From contig OZ024743.1 in the NCBI GenBank assembly GCA_964016885.1, positions 97,278,001 through 97,342,000 on the forward strand: DNA of 64,000 bases, in the 5' to 3' direction. The translations under genes were made by a program, and so were the position numbers. Below are positions 41,965-58,181 of this stretch, in pieces. Positions within the stretch are counted from its first letter, which is position 1. Each line of letters begins with the position of its first letter. The notes under the pieces were generated by a model. The model was not told where the DNA came from. It saw only the letters and a program-made list of their open reading frames with translations, and ran no database searches. This DNA comes from Eledone cirrhosa (Eukaryota).

Positions 41965-42272
41965 GTAATAGTAATAAATTTGAAGACTAAAATCAAAAGA
42001 GGGCTCGATAAGGATAACTATATATCAAATAACGTGGTTTTGTCTTTGAGTGTAATTGTTCTCACAGCTCCAAATATTGACGTATTATTTCCTTTCTTTG
42101 CCAGGAACGTCTCCACAAACCAAAGTATCGTCTTCCTGTCTTCCTTCGGTTGCAAAGTTTTTCGAAATATTTACTTCTGCGTTCACAGATTGATTTTTTT
42201 TTAGTTTCAGAAGATCCCGTTAAGGGTGAAAACAGCGATTCTTTGCTTAAACTTTAATCTGTTATTTCAATA
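41965..42272. mobile_element. CAGAAGA-family copy with inverted tail piece
   Basis: 41965-42030 is the tail in minus sense; 42031-42272 is the body in plus sense with HHR at 42186-42261. Confidence 0.8.
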
Positions 42273-42281
42273 AATAAATAA

Positions 42282-42396
<115 letters not shown>

Positions 42397-42791
42397 TGTA
42401 TGTATAAGGCAATAAATAGATAGATATATAGATAGAGAGATTTTTCTTTCTTCCGCCGCATAACTACTCAGAAGAGAGTCTGGTTATTGATATTATTCGC
42501 TTTAACCTGTCCAGCAATTTATGCTCTGATATTTTGTATTCTAGGATGAAAGGAACATTGGTATTGTAAATATCATGATTTAACAAAACATCATTCACCT
42601 CATTACAGCGAGCCAAATATGTTCGCGCGACCTGCTAAAAGTAATAACTAAACTATTCTGAAATCATTATCCTAACTTGCTAATATAAAGGACACTTTTT
42701 TCTATTGATCTATCACTCACACTATATATATCATAATATAAAAATCTTTATATATGTTGCATATATAATATATATTTTGTATGCTATATAT

Positions 42792-43993
42792 GTCGTGCCT
42801 TGCCCAAGGGAAACCCCCGCCAAGATGGAGCGCGCACTCTTCCAGTTCCTTTGGAAGAAGCGGGCTCCTTTAGTGAGGAGATCCATCTGCTGTCAACACC
42901 CTTCGAAAGGAGGGCTGGGGATGCCGTGGCTAGTGATGCGTAAACACGCATTAAGGCTACGACACCTCCACGTATTCCTCACCGGTCAACCGGTGTGGGC
43001 CCCGTTTGTGAGACGAACCTTTCCCAAACTCGTCTCACCCACCGAGCTGCAATCCTGGGTCAAGCAAAGACCGAGAAAACTGGGCGCCTGGCACACCGAG
43101 TGTGCCCAGGCGCTCAAGGCCCTCTGGCAAGCGGACCCGGTTATCAGTGGAGACTCCACCTCGACATTCTATAAAGGGCTGGTACGCAGCAGGTGCAACG
43201 ACGCACTCGGAGAAGTCCTAGACATGGGGAAGACGAACTGGCCAGCCTGTTCGGTAGGACATTCAGCCCGGGACCTATGGACAACTTCCAGAAGTCCCTA
43301 GCCTGGCAGTGCTACCGAGGGGTTCTACCCGTTCGTGAAAAGCTCTACAGACACGGGCGCCCGGGTAGGGACCCCGCCAAAAAGATCTGTCCCAGATGCG
43401 TGTGCGACGAGGAAACCGTTGCACACGCATTGGTACACTGCTCGGGCGTAGCCGATCTGTGGGGCTATGTCGAACGACTGCTGTCACGGGTGGGCCGATC
43501 CGGTTGACCACCGAAGCCATTGTAACGAGTAAGCCGCCCCCCCCCCTCAAAAATGAAGGAGAGGCGGTGTTTCTGTGCGTAATAGCCATGGTGAAAGAGG
43601 TTGTATGGTGGACGCGGCTGAAAGGACTGAGGTCAGGCACCTTTCTCTCTGGCCAACAACTGATCCGTTTCTTCCGATATCATTTCGGAAGAAGGATCAG
43701 GATGGAGAGAGAGGTGCTGCACCCCAGTCGTTTTTATGAAAGGTGGGTGAAAGGGGCGAGAATGGCCCGTGTGAATGGGCCTTCAGTCTACATCAGCCTG
43801 TAGATGGAAGAGATGAAGGAAGGAGGGAGCACCCTCGCTGTGCTCCTGAGGGGGTGCGAACCCCCAAAACGCCTCCTCCCTATTGAGGACTTTATTGTTA
43901 ATTTTATATTTATTTGTTTTCTTTACTCGCCTTTTTGTGTAAACTCCCCCCTTGTATTTGTCCCCTTCTTTTGCGCCCTCGTGGCAATAAATA
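42792..43993 (+). mobile_element. 5'-truncated Tx1/L1-type LINE (ORF2 C-terminus, frameshifted, plus 3' UTR)
   Basis: FQFLW...KGGLGMP post-RT motif; zinc-binding motif CPRCVCDEETVAHALVHC; stop at 43803; AATAAA at ~43987. Confidence 0.9.
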
Positions 43994-46010
43994 GAAATAT
44001 ATATATATAGAATATACATATAAAAAAATGGAAATATTTAACTAGGAGCTAAACAATAATACCAACAAAACTAACTACATATGTAAGCATATAATAACTT
44101 GGCTGGTCAGAAATAGCTAATGTTATTTGATCCCTACTATTGTTTTTATAGACTGAAAATCATCAATATTCCTCAATTCTACCCTATTTTATTCTTATAC
44201 TAAATATTTTATATATTTTGACTGACCATCGAAAATTCCCTTCTTTATCGGACACCTGCAAAATCATGCGTACTATCCACGTCACCGATGTTATCCAAGA
44301 AAGATGTATATTGGCATCAGTAACGTCACAATCAACATTTGAAGCTGGGTTGTCTGTAAGAACATATTTAAGTTGACATTGGCGTAATTGGAACTCAAAT
44401 CACCGCCGAGAGATGGAACGAATACTGAAAGTCATCTCATCACCTTTAACGATTCTGCCAATTACCTTGCCACCTTGCCTTCTGAAGAATGGATTGTAAG
44501 ATAAAAACTGCTTTCAGAGATATTCACTGTGGACTGCGGACTGTAAGATTGGTTAACCAATTACAACGATCACTTTATAAGTTCAGTGTTATAGAGTATA
44601 AGCTTATAATGAAAGTACAAGGGGAAAAAACTGGACATGTGAGAGCAAGTGAGAAAATCATTAGGTTTGAAGGTATAGAGACACATACACATACACACTC
44701 AGAGACGCATACAAACGTGTATGTGTATCTATATATATATATGTGGGGGTGGGGATATCATACATAATTGTCCACAACACCTAAATTGTATCATTTATAA
44801 TTTTGTGATTTACTCGAATGTTTTTCTTTCGTCTTTCGTGCAAATCTCGATTTTGTAAGCTGAAAGATAACTTATGAAATGATAGCACAGCTTTTAACAA
44901 AATGGTTCCAAGTCAATCCAATTATACATTCTCAGAAAAATTCAATCTCACAAATTGTACATAATGGTAGCTGAATCTATTAAGACTAGCAGCCAAATCT
45001 CCCTTATATCACAGACGTTTTAAAGAAGGAACAAAACATACACTATGTAGTTGGTTTAGTCAGAGTAGTGATATAGTTGATCATTGATTTGTTCAATCAG
45101 AGCAGCCTTGGTGCCAGGCAACAACAACAATATCAACACCCTCTTAGACATTTGTCTCTTTCATTTGATCTTTCACTTTGATCTTTATCGCATTTGCTTG
45201 TTAACTAAACTTTAGATAGGCTTACTGGCGCAGGTAGTTAATTTCTAATACATATCTAGATTGGTTGACTAAGAAACAAACTGAGTGTCAGTATCTTAAC
45301 AGACTCCAGAGAATATGATTGAAAATTACGATAGATTATGTTTTCTGTTTCAATTTAACAAAAAGTATGCTGTGCAAAATATTGTAATTATTTCATGTTT
45401 AAGTCATATCAGCATAACGATTATGTTGTATCACAAATATCTCAGTTGAGAAACAACTCAGCTATGCATGTGATTGTGCGGTGATGTGAAGCTATTAACT
45501 TACTGATATAGTTATATGATTCGAATTCTTCACAGTTCCTTTTCCCATGGAGTTATAACGTCTGGTGTAATCGTAGAGATGCCATAGTGATATACGACTT
45601 ATTTTAAACATTTTAAACCTGGTGGAGCCTTCCATTCTCCTAATCTGAATACAACCGATTTCCTTCAGAGAGTGTATGGGGAAAAGGAAGTGAGAAAGAT
45701 ATATAGAGAAGAAACGACCCCACTACCGGACTGGTAAATTTTTTTCATAGGAAATGTTGATCTCGATAAGATTTGAACTCGTTACACAGAAATAAGTGCT
45801 CCCAACACAAGTATCTAACCGATGTTCTAAAATCTCAGTCAGTAAACGACCTACTACAATGACATACTAACATCCAAATGAGAACGTATTTATAATTCAT
45901 ACATTTTCATTCAAAAGGTAACATTTTATCTCTGCTAGTCGCAAGACCTGTTAGAATTAGCAATACAATGTTACTCCTATCGCAACCTAATACGTATATT
46001 ATTCTATTTA

Positions 46011-46093
<83 letters not shown>

Positions 46094-46164
46094 GGTGTGT
46101 GTGTGTGTCTGTGTCTGTGTGTGTGTGTATTAGAAAGGGGAAGTAAGGGGAAGACAGTGGATAT

Positions 46165-47272
<1,108 letters not shown>

Positions 47273-47295
47273 TATCTATTTCAGAGCACCAATTC

Positions 47296-47439
<144 letters not shown>

Positions 47440-48416
47440 TTCAATAAAACAACAGCAGAAAGCCGGATTGGAAAATTTACTTTAGAAATTTAATCCTGCG
47501 AAATCATTATACATAATTCGATGGCTCAGCTCCATCATACGATTATGATGCAAGGCAATGTGATCTCATCAGGTGTCATCTGTAGAATTATGTAATAGTA
47601 TAATGGAGCATAGGATATAGAGAAAATAGAAAAAAGAAATTTAATTCGCGGACAGGTGTTATAGCGATAGCAGACATATGTGCGTGCGCATGTGTGAGTA
47701 TATGGAGGGGATGAGGTAGATATCAAACTTTTTAGACTTTTTTAAGTTGAAGTCTAAAATCGATTAAGAGAGACACTATAAAGCAGAATGCTCTGTGGCC
47801 TTTGTTCGTATTAGTGTTAGATTAAACACCATTATTAGGGATAGTATTTCATCAAATAATAATTATTCCAGTTGTCACTTTCATTAAATAATATATTTTA
47901 AACAATGTGAGGCATAGTATACTTTCGCTAATTAAACAATTACATATTATCAATTGTAAATTAATTTCTGTCAAATTAAATTAATACTTTCTCTAATTTT
48001 ATTAATGTTACAATCACACAAATAACTTTATAGTTTTTTGAAATATAAATACTTATTTTGTAGTAGCTTATTAATCATGCATTAATTAAATTATACAATA
48101 TTTTACGTCAATTCGATATTGTAGTCTTTAAAAGTGTTTTCACCCTATTGGAAATATATAGTATATATAGTATATATGCGTTTTCCTTACAGGTATGCAC
48201 ACATAGGGACACTTTTACTTCATACTTCTATTGGTTTCAATCATTATATATTAGTCAATGCTCTGATTATAATATACAGATACATCTATATATTAATAAT
48301 GGAGCTTGAACAAGGTTTTTCCTTTTTCACTCTCATATATTATTTCTGCTCATACTAGCAGAAACATGGCTTGAAGAACTATAATGTATTATCTTATTCC
48401 TCTTGGCTATTCGTCT

Positions 48417-48456
<40 letters not shown>

Positions 48457-48457
48457 C

Positions 48458-48855
48458 ATATTAATTCAAAATATTAACAAAATAGATATTCTTGTGATCA
48501 ATTATATTTTATTATACATATTTCAGCTGTACTGAGTTAAGTTCAACAGTACGTCCTCATCATATAAAATAATATGATGCATGACATACCCTGACATAAG
48601 ACTGAATCTTAACCATCTACTATGTCAGGGTATGTCGTGCATCATATTATTTTATATGATGAGGATGTACTGTTGAACTTAATTCAGTACCTCTGAAATA
48701 TGTCTAATAAAATATAATTGATCACAAGAATATCTATTTTGTTAATATTTTGAATTAATATTAATAACTCTGGAAACCCTTCACTGTTGAGTGTTTCCAA
48801 TCTATTGTAAACCTCATTCTTTGATGTATACATTGAACCTTGTTTAAATTTTAAA
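48458..48855. mobile_element. Short fold-back copy of the 52250-57433 family, both HHR cores mutated
   Basis: Hairpin 48458-48761 plus tail; HHRs at 48505-48571(-) and 48648-48714(+) both read ATGATGA. Confidence 0.85.
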
Positions 48856-48949
<94 letters not shown>

Positions 48950-49040
48950 GAGAGAGAAGAAGTTTATGAAATGGAAATGGAAACTTAGTAACATTTGAAT
49001 ACAAATCTACTAATTCTATATATATATATATATATGTATG

Positions 49041-49107
<67 letters not shown>

Positions 49108-49149
49108 GTATATATATATATAAATGAAATGATTACAAAGGAGAATACA

Positions 49150-51210
49150 TACTGTTAGAACATGTTTATACAAAAGCACCTACGTACGTTTCGCCCGAAA
49201 AGGGCTTATCGAGGTCATACAAGCCTAGAGAGTGTTCAGTACAGGACCCAGAAAGGGTTTTAAAGTGATAGTCACATCAAAGTTAATTCTTGCTTCAAAC
49301 AGACATGTTGTTATTGTCACACAGCAAGGGGAGTAACTCTGGCCGGTGTTTGAATAAATGTCCCTAAATGGCTTATCATCCGTTCACATGATGGTTGTTT
49401 TCCACTACTGTTTTATGGGTGCCACTTTACTGCTGCCTAGTCCAGACGGATCTGAGAGGCATAGTTGGTGTACAGATGTTTAGTTATGTAACCTACCCTC
49501 CGGCGTGTTATGGTTTGGTGCAGGGGAACCCAGTTTATGGTGTTCAGGTCTCAATTGGGGTCCAACCACAGAAAGACTGCTGTATTCTGTGTCTGCAGTT
49601 TATCACAGATTCTGCTCTGCTGTTGATGAGCTCTAGGGGTGCTCTTATGATATGGAAAAGTTCCATGAGGCAGAGCTGGCACTTCCTCTTGAAGTTGTAC
49701 GGTGTTGCCCTGCTGACAATTTCCCAGTATGTGGAGAAGCTCATGTTGGAGTCTTTCAATGTTGTGTTGTAGTTGGCGAGTGACGTGGAGTATCTTAGCT
49801 TCTTGTTTCTAAAAAAGTGGAGATGTGTTCGAAATCTAGTTTTGATCGAGCCAGGGGTGACCCCTATATAATGCTTGACGCTATTATGGCTAGTTACGGT
49901 GCACCTATAAATAACATTATCTGTCAGGCAAATTCCCCTGAGCGGACAGCTTCCCTGATCTCTACAGTTGCATTGTCGGTCGCGGTCGCTGCCGCTAAGG
50001 TGGCTCCTAGTGCCCGAAGTAAGGCCATTACTATCGCTACCTATGTTATTATCCACGCCACCGCCACTATCTCTGTAGTTAGTACTATTATATCCTATGG
50101 CGTGCGGGGTAGTACCATTATCACTCCGCACGCCACAGCGGCTTCTGTTGCCACTTCGTGATCCGTACAGGTCACCAGTATGCTGCCCAGTCTCGCCGCG
50201 GTTATGTCGGTTGCGTCTGTTGGAGCTGCCGCCAACACTGTCAGGTGCTGCTAGGGAAACGTTAAGGCTGTTGGGGTTGCTGTCAAGTCTATACTTATCG
50301 CTGCTATGGTGCCGTGCTTTGGTGGGCTTACTGTAATTAGTTATCCTTATGATGTCTCCTAGATTAAGTGTAGTGGAGAAGATATTTTAATATTGCTCTT
50401 ATTGAGGATTTTTCTGTACTTATGGTTGGGTGGGAAGTTCTTCTCTAAGGTTTCGAAAAATATCCTGGGCAAGTCAGAGGCCACACTCCAAGAGTAGGGA
50501 GGACGGAACCATAGGACATTACGTTGGCGGTTACGCGTAGCTGTGGGCTTACTACGGGTCGTGTTGGCTAGGTAACCGTTCTTATTGTTGCTACTGTGCT
50601 GAAGCCTACTGCGCGTCCGCATCGCTTTATGCTCGCGTGCACGCGCCTTACTTCCGTTATGTTTATATGTAGCTTAACGCCGGTTTGAAGGTGTAGGTAA
50701 TAGGCCATCGCTATTGTTAACCTTATAGGTAGGGAATAATTATAGTAGGCTACAGCAGCTACCGTTGCCCGTATCATGACACTTATTATGCGGTAGATCT
50801 TCTATACCACCACCCATGTAGTTATCGCTACGGCCGTGTTTCTTTGTGCGATTCTCTATACTATAGTTATTGACTCTATCATGACCGCTGCGTATTCGGT
50901 TATAGGTATGGCTTACTATAACATTAGTCCTATGATGGGGTGGTTTCTAGAGTTAGCGTTAAGGAGGTAAGAGATTCTTCGGTTATAGCCGGCATCTACC
51001 AAGGCTTTATTGTAGTAGTCGGCCGCTTGGTTGATGTTCTCTTTGGCGGACATCCTAGAGATCCTATGGGATACGCTATATACTATGGAGTTGAGAGTAG
51101 ACTTAGGATGGTTGGATGCATAATTAATATATGATAGAATCTCACCGTGCTTATGGTATGGCTTGATAGGCCCTTACCCAACTCCAGGGTCACGTCCAGG
51201 AAGTTGACTA
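49150..51210 (-). mobile_element. 5'-truncated Penelope-like element (RT C-terminus, linker, GIY-YIG endonuclease, 3' HHR)
   Basis: Motifs in order: VNFLDVTL; YINYASNHP...RISRMS...YNKALVDAGY; RNVLWFRPPYS...NFP..HKYRKILNKSNIKIS; CNCR..CPL.G.CL..NVIYRC..YIG.T..KTRF..H...CQLC. HHR-like motif at 49176-49216; (TA)n on both sides. Confidence 0.92.
49544..49980 (-). pseudogene. GIY-YIG endonuclease domain of the Penelope-like element
   Basis: VIY...YIG with catalytic R and E positions, and Cys motifs typical of Penelope endonucleases. Confidence 0.9.
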
Positions 51211-51402
51211 TATATATATATATATATACACAGCTGATGATATACATGTAAGTAAATATATTCCTTATCTGATATTTTGTAACTAACCTTACATAGATCG
51301 ATAACGAAATATGCGTACGATGTATTATTATCACCTAGAAAAGATCGTAAAGCAGTGAAGTATATTTCTAATGACTTGAATTTTTATTTCATTGTTTTAA
51401 CT

Positions 51403-52225
<823 letters not shown>

Positions 52226-53286
52226 TATATGTGTATATATATATATATATATTCAAAAGTTAAACAGGTTCAATGAATACATCAAAGAATGAGTTTTAAA
52301 ATAGATTGGAAGCACTTAACAGAAAAAGGTTTTCCAGAGTTATTAATATTAATTCAAAATATTAACAAAATAGATATTCTTGTGATCAAATATATTTTAT
52401 TATACATATTTCAGAGGTATTGATTTAAGTTCAACAGTATGTCCTCATCAGATAAAATAAGATGATGCATCACATACCCTGACATAGTAGATGGTTAAGA
52501 TTCAGTCATGGTAGTGATTAACATATGACAAAACTCAATAGTTATACCCTAATATTGAGAACATGAGAAAAATATATAATACAAACAATAGAGAGGGTGC
52601 GTGTAATACAGCTTAAAAAATACATGGCATCAATATAACAGTTAATAAAACTTTTTTTTAAACTACTGAAGAAAGAGGAAAGAAAGGAAGGCATAGAGAA
52701 AGAAACAGCTAATAGGATAATATAGTTAGTAGGTGCCTCGAAAAAACAAATGAGAGATGATTAAAGAGAGAGAGAGAGACAAAGGGGAGTAATTTATGTT
52801 CAAGTTTATAGACAATTTTCCATATATGCAATATATATCCAAACTTACTTAGATGACCGTTAATATTCAAAATATTTAATTTGTAATGAGTAATATTTTA
52901 GGTTTTAAAAGTTAATATGTATTTGTATTAATATTATATTATACTATCAAGTTTAATTTCTAAAATTCAAATTTTATGAAAACAAAAGGAATTGCGAAAC
53001 ACGAGAGAGAAAATATATAATGCTTTTATACCCTCCCGAAGGTAATCTTTACCAAAATTATTTATAATATTGACAACAGTTTATATAATATAATCTATAA
53101 AATAATTATAGTTACAATTATTAAAGAATTTATGATTAAACAGTTTGAGTGCCTAATGGAACAACCGGCCTTATAACTAAACTTAAAGAAGTCTGAATTT
53201 TTAATTATATATATGTGTTAATCAAAAATGCATAAGGATTATAATGTCTTTAGACTTAAGGTGCTACCTTTCAAATATATATAATA

Positions 53287-54994
53287 CTAGCAGTAAAGCC
53301 CGGCGTTGCTCGGGGTCGCTCAGTAGCTGTGTTAAAGTTACAATGTTAAGTTTCTTTATTGGCTTAAAAACTGTAGTGTCTACTGTGCAGACTTGCATGT
53401 GGTGTTTTTGATTAATATTCCCTCAACCAACAATATGCCTTATGAAGTTAAGAAAATATAACGATAACCCGAATGTTATAACAAAAGAGGATGCTGGGGA
53501 TAAAAACTGCACTGGTTATTTATTAACAAAGATCGAAAATGTAAACACTGCAACGCAGAGAAAAACATTAGCGTAACCAAATTATCAGTTATGTCTGTCT
53601 GCACGCCTATATCACCTCTCTGCACGACTGTCTGTCTGCACGCCATAAATATTTGCTTGTTTTACGTAGTCTTTAAATAGACTTGTTTTCAAGTAAAAAT
53701 ATTGTTTTAAAATGCTATTAAATGGAAATGAAGCAAAACGGAAGCTTAGTGTTCGAATGTTCATGTATTGTGTTAATGTCATTTTAAACGCTGAGAAAGC
53801 CAGCGTAATTTTTTACGTAAGACGCTCAATGTAAACAGAACAAAGGGAAATAACTGATAACTTACGCTCAAAAATCGATACATTATATTCGATTTCGTCA
53901 CATAGGGCGGGTCAATTTGAAATTTTTTTTTCCGATGTCTTCGCTAGGGCTCAATGTACAAGTATAGCAATTTCGCTGCAATTCCGTGAGAGATTCTAAG
54001 AGGAGATGTGTGCCAAAAATCGATAGACAGACAGACAACCACAGTTTTATATATATAGACTAGCAGTAAAGCCCGGCGTTGCTCGGGGTCGCTCAGTAGC
54101 TGTGTTAAAGTTACAATGTTAAGTTTCTGTTTTGGCTTAAAAACTGTAGTGTCTACTGTGCAGACTTGCATGTGGTGTTTTTGATTAATATTCCCTCAAC
54201 CAACAATATGCCTTATGAAGTTAAGAAAACATAACGATAACCCGAATGTTATAACAAAAGAAGATGCTGGGGATAAAAACTGCACTGGTTATTTATTAAC
54301 AAAGATCGAAAATGTAAACACTGCAACGCAGAGAAAAACATTAGCGTAACCAAATTATCAGTTATGTCTGTCTGCACGCCTATATCACCTCTCTGCACGA
54401 CTGTCTGTCTGCACGCCTATATCACCTCTCTGCACGACTGTCTGTCTGCACGCCTATATCACCTCTCTGCACGACTGTCTGTCTGCACGCGTATATCACC
54501 TCTCTGCACGACTGTCTGTCTGCACGACTGTCTGTCTGCACGCCTAACGACGAAATATTTGCTTGTTTTACGTAGTCTTTAAATAGACTTGTTTTCAAGT
54601 AAAAATATTGTTTTAAAATGCTTTTAAATGGAAATGAAGCAAAACGGAAGCTTAGTGTTCGAACTGATGAATTTTGCAGGTCAATATTTTGCTGGCTCGA
54701 CAACTGTTAATGTCATTTTAAACGCTGAGAAAGCCAGCGTAATTTTTTACGTAAGACGCTCAATGTAAACAGAACAAAGGGAAATAACTGATCACTTACG
54801 CTCAAAAATCGATACATTATATTCGATTTCGTCACATAGGGTGGGTCAATTTGAATTTTTTGTTTTCCGATGTCTTCGCTAGGGCTCAATGTACAAGTAT
54901 AGCAATTTTGGTGCAATTCCGTGAGAGATTCTAAGAGGAGATGTGTGCCAAAAATCGATAGACAGACAGACAACCACAGTTTTATATATATAGA
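53287..54994 (-). mobile_element. Head-to-tail dimer of non-autonomous Helitron (53287-54059, 54060-54994)
   Basis: Each unit has 5' TC and 3' hairpin CCCGAGCAACGCCGGG plus CTAG; junction CTAG|TC; inserted at A|T with no TSD. Confidence 0.9.
54365..54545. repeat. 37-bp minisatellite inside Helitron copy 2
   Basis: TGTCTGTCTGCACGCCTATATCACCTCTCTGCACGAC, more than 4 units versus ~1.4 in copy 1. Confidence 0.9.
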
Positions 54995-57319
54995 TAACAA
55001 AATACAATAATACAATATAGTAAATGTGTTACTGAAAATATTGTTAAACAATATATATAGTTAAAATATATTGTTAAAAAATTAATGTTTTATATCAATT
55101 ATTTTCATTTAGTTGATATGTACTATAAATATATAATTTAAAACTACATGAGTCCTAATGATAGGGGCTAGATACAAAATAAATATAAAAATAAAAAATT
55201 AAAATAATGAATTGTTTGCGAAACTTAAAAAAGCCCAATATTAAAGATATATTATAAAATGTAATATGGTTTTAATATAAATGTAGACAAAGAGTTGTCT
55301 ACATTCCAAGCCTCGCAAAAAGTCAGGAAAAAACACTAAACGATCAGGCCTTAATTTTTGACGTCTCTTATCAACTTTTGGGCTTAAAAAGTTATAACGG
55401 TTTATAATATTAATACAAATACATATTAACTTTTAAAACCTAAAAGTTATAACGGTTTATAATGCTTTATCTTCTAATCATTTATGATAGAATTAATGTT
55501 AGAATGAAGGATCCTCTATGTAAGCATATTATTTGGTAACTGGTTTACTTGATAAATATGCACACTTTAGGATTATTTTAGATATTTATAATTTTGATTC
55601 GGATGTTTATGTATCTGTCTCTGTTTTAAATATATAATTTGGATATTCAACTTGTAAATTTACCGATTATAATTGAACTGTAGATCATTCATGCGTTTGC
55701 ATATTTTATTCATTTTGAGTATGTTTTGGGGACTCAGAAAGTTAGATTTGCATTTATTTATTTTTATATATATCTAGGTGTAAATATAAAAAAACCATAA
55801 CAGTCCACAAATATTGGTCTCTTTCTCCACTGAACTAGAGGTAAAACTACAATTATAGCATTAGTGATAATGATTATAATTATTTATTTATTAAATGTAT
55901 ACCGTTTCATTAATACCTATAATAATATCTCTATATAGTTGTACAAATATGTTTATCTAGTGTAATAACATACTCGTAGTTACATTTACAAATAATTTAG
56001 ATACTCAAATGACTCTATATTGTTATAAGTGTTTGATATTCCCTGGAAGTTCGAATTTATATAATGATTTTTAGTTAATTTAATATAATTTAATGTAATT
56101 TAATTTATTTTAATTAAATTTAAATTTAGATTACCTTCGGCTTTTTCAAATATTTAGCTCCTCTTTCTATCACATTCGCTAAAATATTTTAGACGTATCT
56201 TTTGTCTACTTTATATTAAAACCATATTACATTTTATAATGTATTTTTAATATTGGGCATTTTTAAGTTTCGCAAACAATTCATTATTTTAATTTTTTTA
56301 TTTTTATATTTATTTTGTATCTAGCCCCTATCATTAGGACTCATGTAGTTTTAAATTATATATTTATAGTATATATCAACTAAATGAAAATAATAGATAT
56401 AAAACATTAACTTTTTAACAATATATTTTAACTATATATATTTTTTAACAATATTTTCAGTAACTTATTTACTATATTGTATTATTGTATTTGTTATATT
56501 ATATATATTTGAAAGGTAGAACCTTAAGAACATTATAATCCTTATGCATTTTTGATTAACACATATATATAATTAAAAATTCAGACTTCTTTAAGTTTAG
56601 TTATAGGGCCATTAGGCACTCAAACTGTTTAATCATAAATTCTTTAACAATTGTAACTATAATTATTTTATAGATTATATTATATAAACTGTTGTCCATA
56701 TTATAAATAATTTTGGTAAAGATTACCTTCGGGAGGGTATAAAAGCATTATATATTTTCTCTCTCGTGATTCGCAATTCCTTTTGTTTTCATAAAATTTG
56801 AATTTTAGAAATTAAACTTGATAGTATAATATAATATTAATACAAATACATATTAACTTTTAAAACCTAAAATATTACTCATTATTCTGAAATAACTTAA
56901 ATTAAATATTTTGAATATTAACGGTCATCTAAGTAAGTTTGGATATATATTGCATATATGGAAAATTGTCTATAAACTTGAACATAAATTACTCCCCTTT
57001 GTCTCTCTCTCTCTTTAATCATCTCTCATTTGTTTTTTCGAGGCACCTACTAACTATATTATCCTATCAGCTGTTTCTTCCTCTATGCCTTCCTTTCTTT
57101 CCTCTTTCTTCAGTAGTTTTAAAAAAAGTTTTATTAACTGTTATATTGATGCCATGTATTTTTTAAGCTGTATTACACGCACCCTCTCTATTGTTTGTAT
57201 TATATATTTTTCTCATGTTCTCAATATTAGGGTATAAATATTGAGTTTTGTCATATGTTCATCACTACCATGACTGAATCTTAACCATCTACTATGTCAG
57301 GGTATGTGATGCATCATCT

Positions 57320-57386
57320 TATTTTATCTGATGAGGACGTACTGTTGAACTTAAATCAGTACCTCTGAAATATGTATAATAAAATA
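57320..57386 (+). ncRNA. Minimal type I HHR, canonical core
   Basis: TATTTTAT-CTGATGA-GGACGTACTG..CAGTACCTCT-GAAA-TATGTATA|ATAAAATA; perfect 8-bp stem I. Confidence 0.85.
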
Positions 57387-57644
57387 TACTTGATCACAAG
57401 AATATCTATTTTGTTAATATTTTGAATTAATATATATATATATATATGCAAGCAGGAAAAGAATACACAGACTCATACACAGGTTCGTGTATGTGTGTTA
57501 GTATATACGTGTGCTTGTATATGTGCACGAATAATTAACACGGCATGCAGTAGCAGTTCAAGTCCCATTAGTGGGATTGTTGCTCACTATTGATCTGAAA
57601 TGTTTGAAAGCTTTGAGAAGTACAATGATTATCACTCATAATAA

Positions 57645-57682
<38 letters not shown>

Positions 57683-57760
57683 TGAGACTGCGCGTGGGTG
57701 TATATGTATATATGTATATATATATAGTTAGATAGATTGATATATATGTACATATGTGTA

Positions 57761-57796
<36 letters not shown>

Positions 57797-58143
57797 CTTA
57801 CTGTGGTTATCCCCGATTGGATCCTGGATAAACTTACAATCGTTTCTCTGGCGAGCAGCTCGAGGCACGATCAATGTGATGATGGAACCTGACTCTGAAA
57901 ATCGCAAGCGCTCTTGCCATAATAACAATTTTTGAACTGCTTATTCCCAAGAACTATGCTTGTAAATAATATTATTCTTTCTTTCCCATTACCTTATTAT
58001 GTTCCACATCACCACCTTTTTTCTTTTTCTTTTTACTTCAAAAACCTTGTTTGTAAATAATGTTGTTCTTTCTTCCCCATTTCCTTAACATGTTCAACAT
58101 CACATTATCTTCTCTCCATCATTTTACACCAATACATATCCCT

Positions 58144-58181
58144 CCTTTTGATAATGCATAAAATGGTGAAACCGGTAATAG
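58144..58181 (+). ncRNA. Degenerate U3-A8 HHR-like motif
   Basis: TTGATAA-TGCAT-AAA-ATGGT-GAAA-CCGG-TA; stems I and II are imperfect. Confidence 0.4.

Larger units (their letters stand above)
52250..57433. mobile_element. Large fold-back element, ~1.25-kb arms, outward HHRs, interrupted by Helitrons
   Basis: 52345-53286 plus 54995-55292 is the reverse complement of ~56198-57433; tail 52250-52345; HHRs at 52393-52459(-) and 57320-57386(+). Confidence 0.9.

Noticed and set aside
57826-57905. Minus-strand GAAACGATTGTA half-motif
   Set aside because: No convincing core or stem II upstream.
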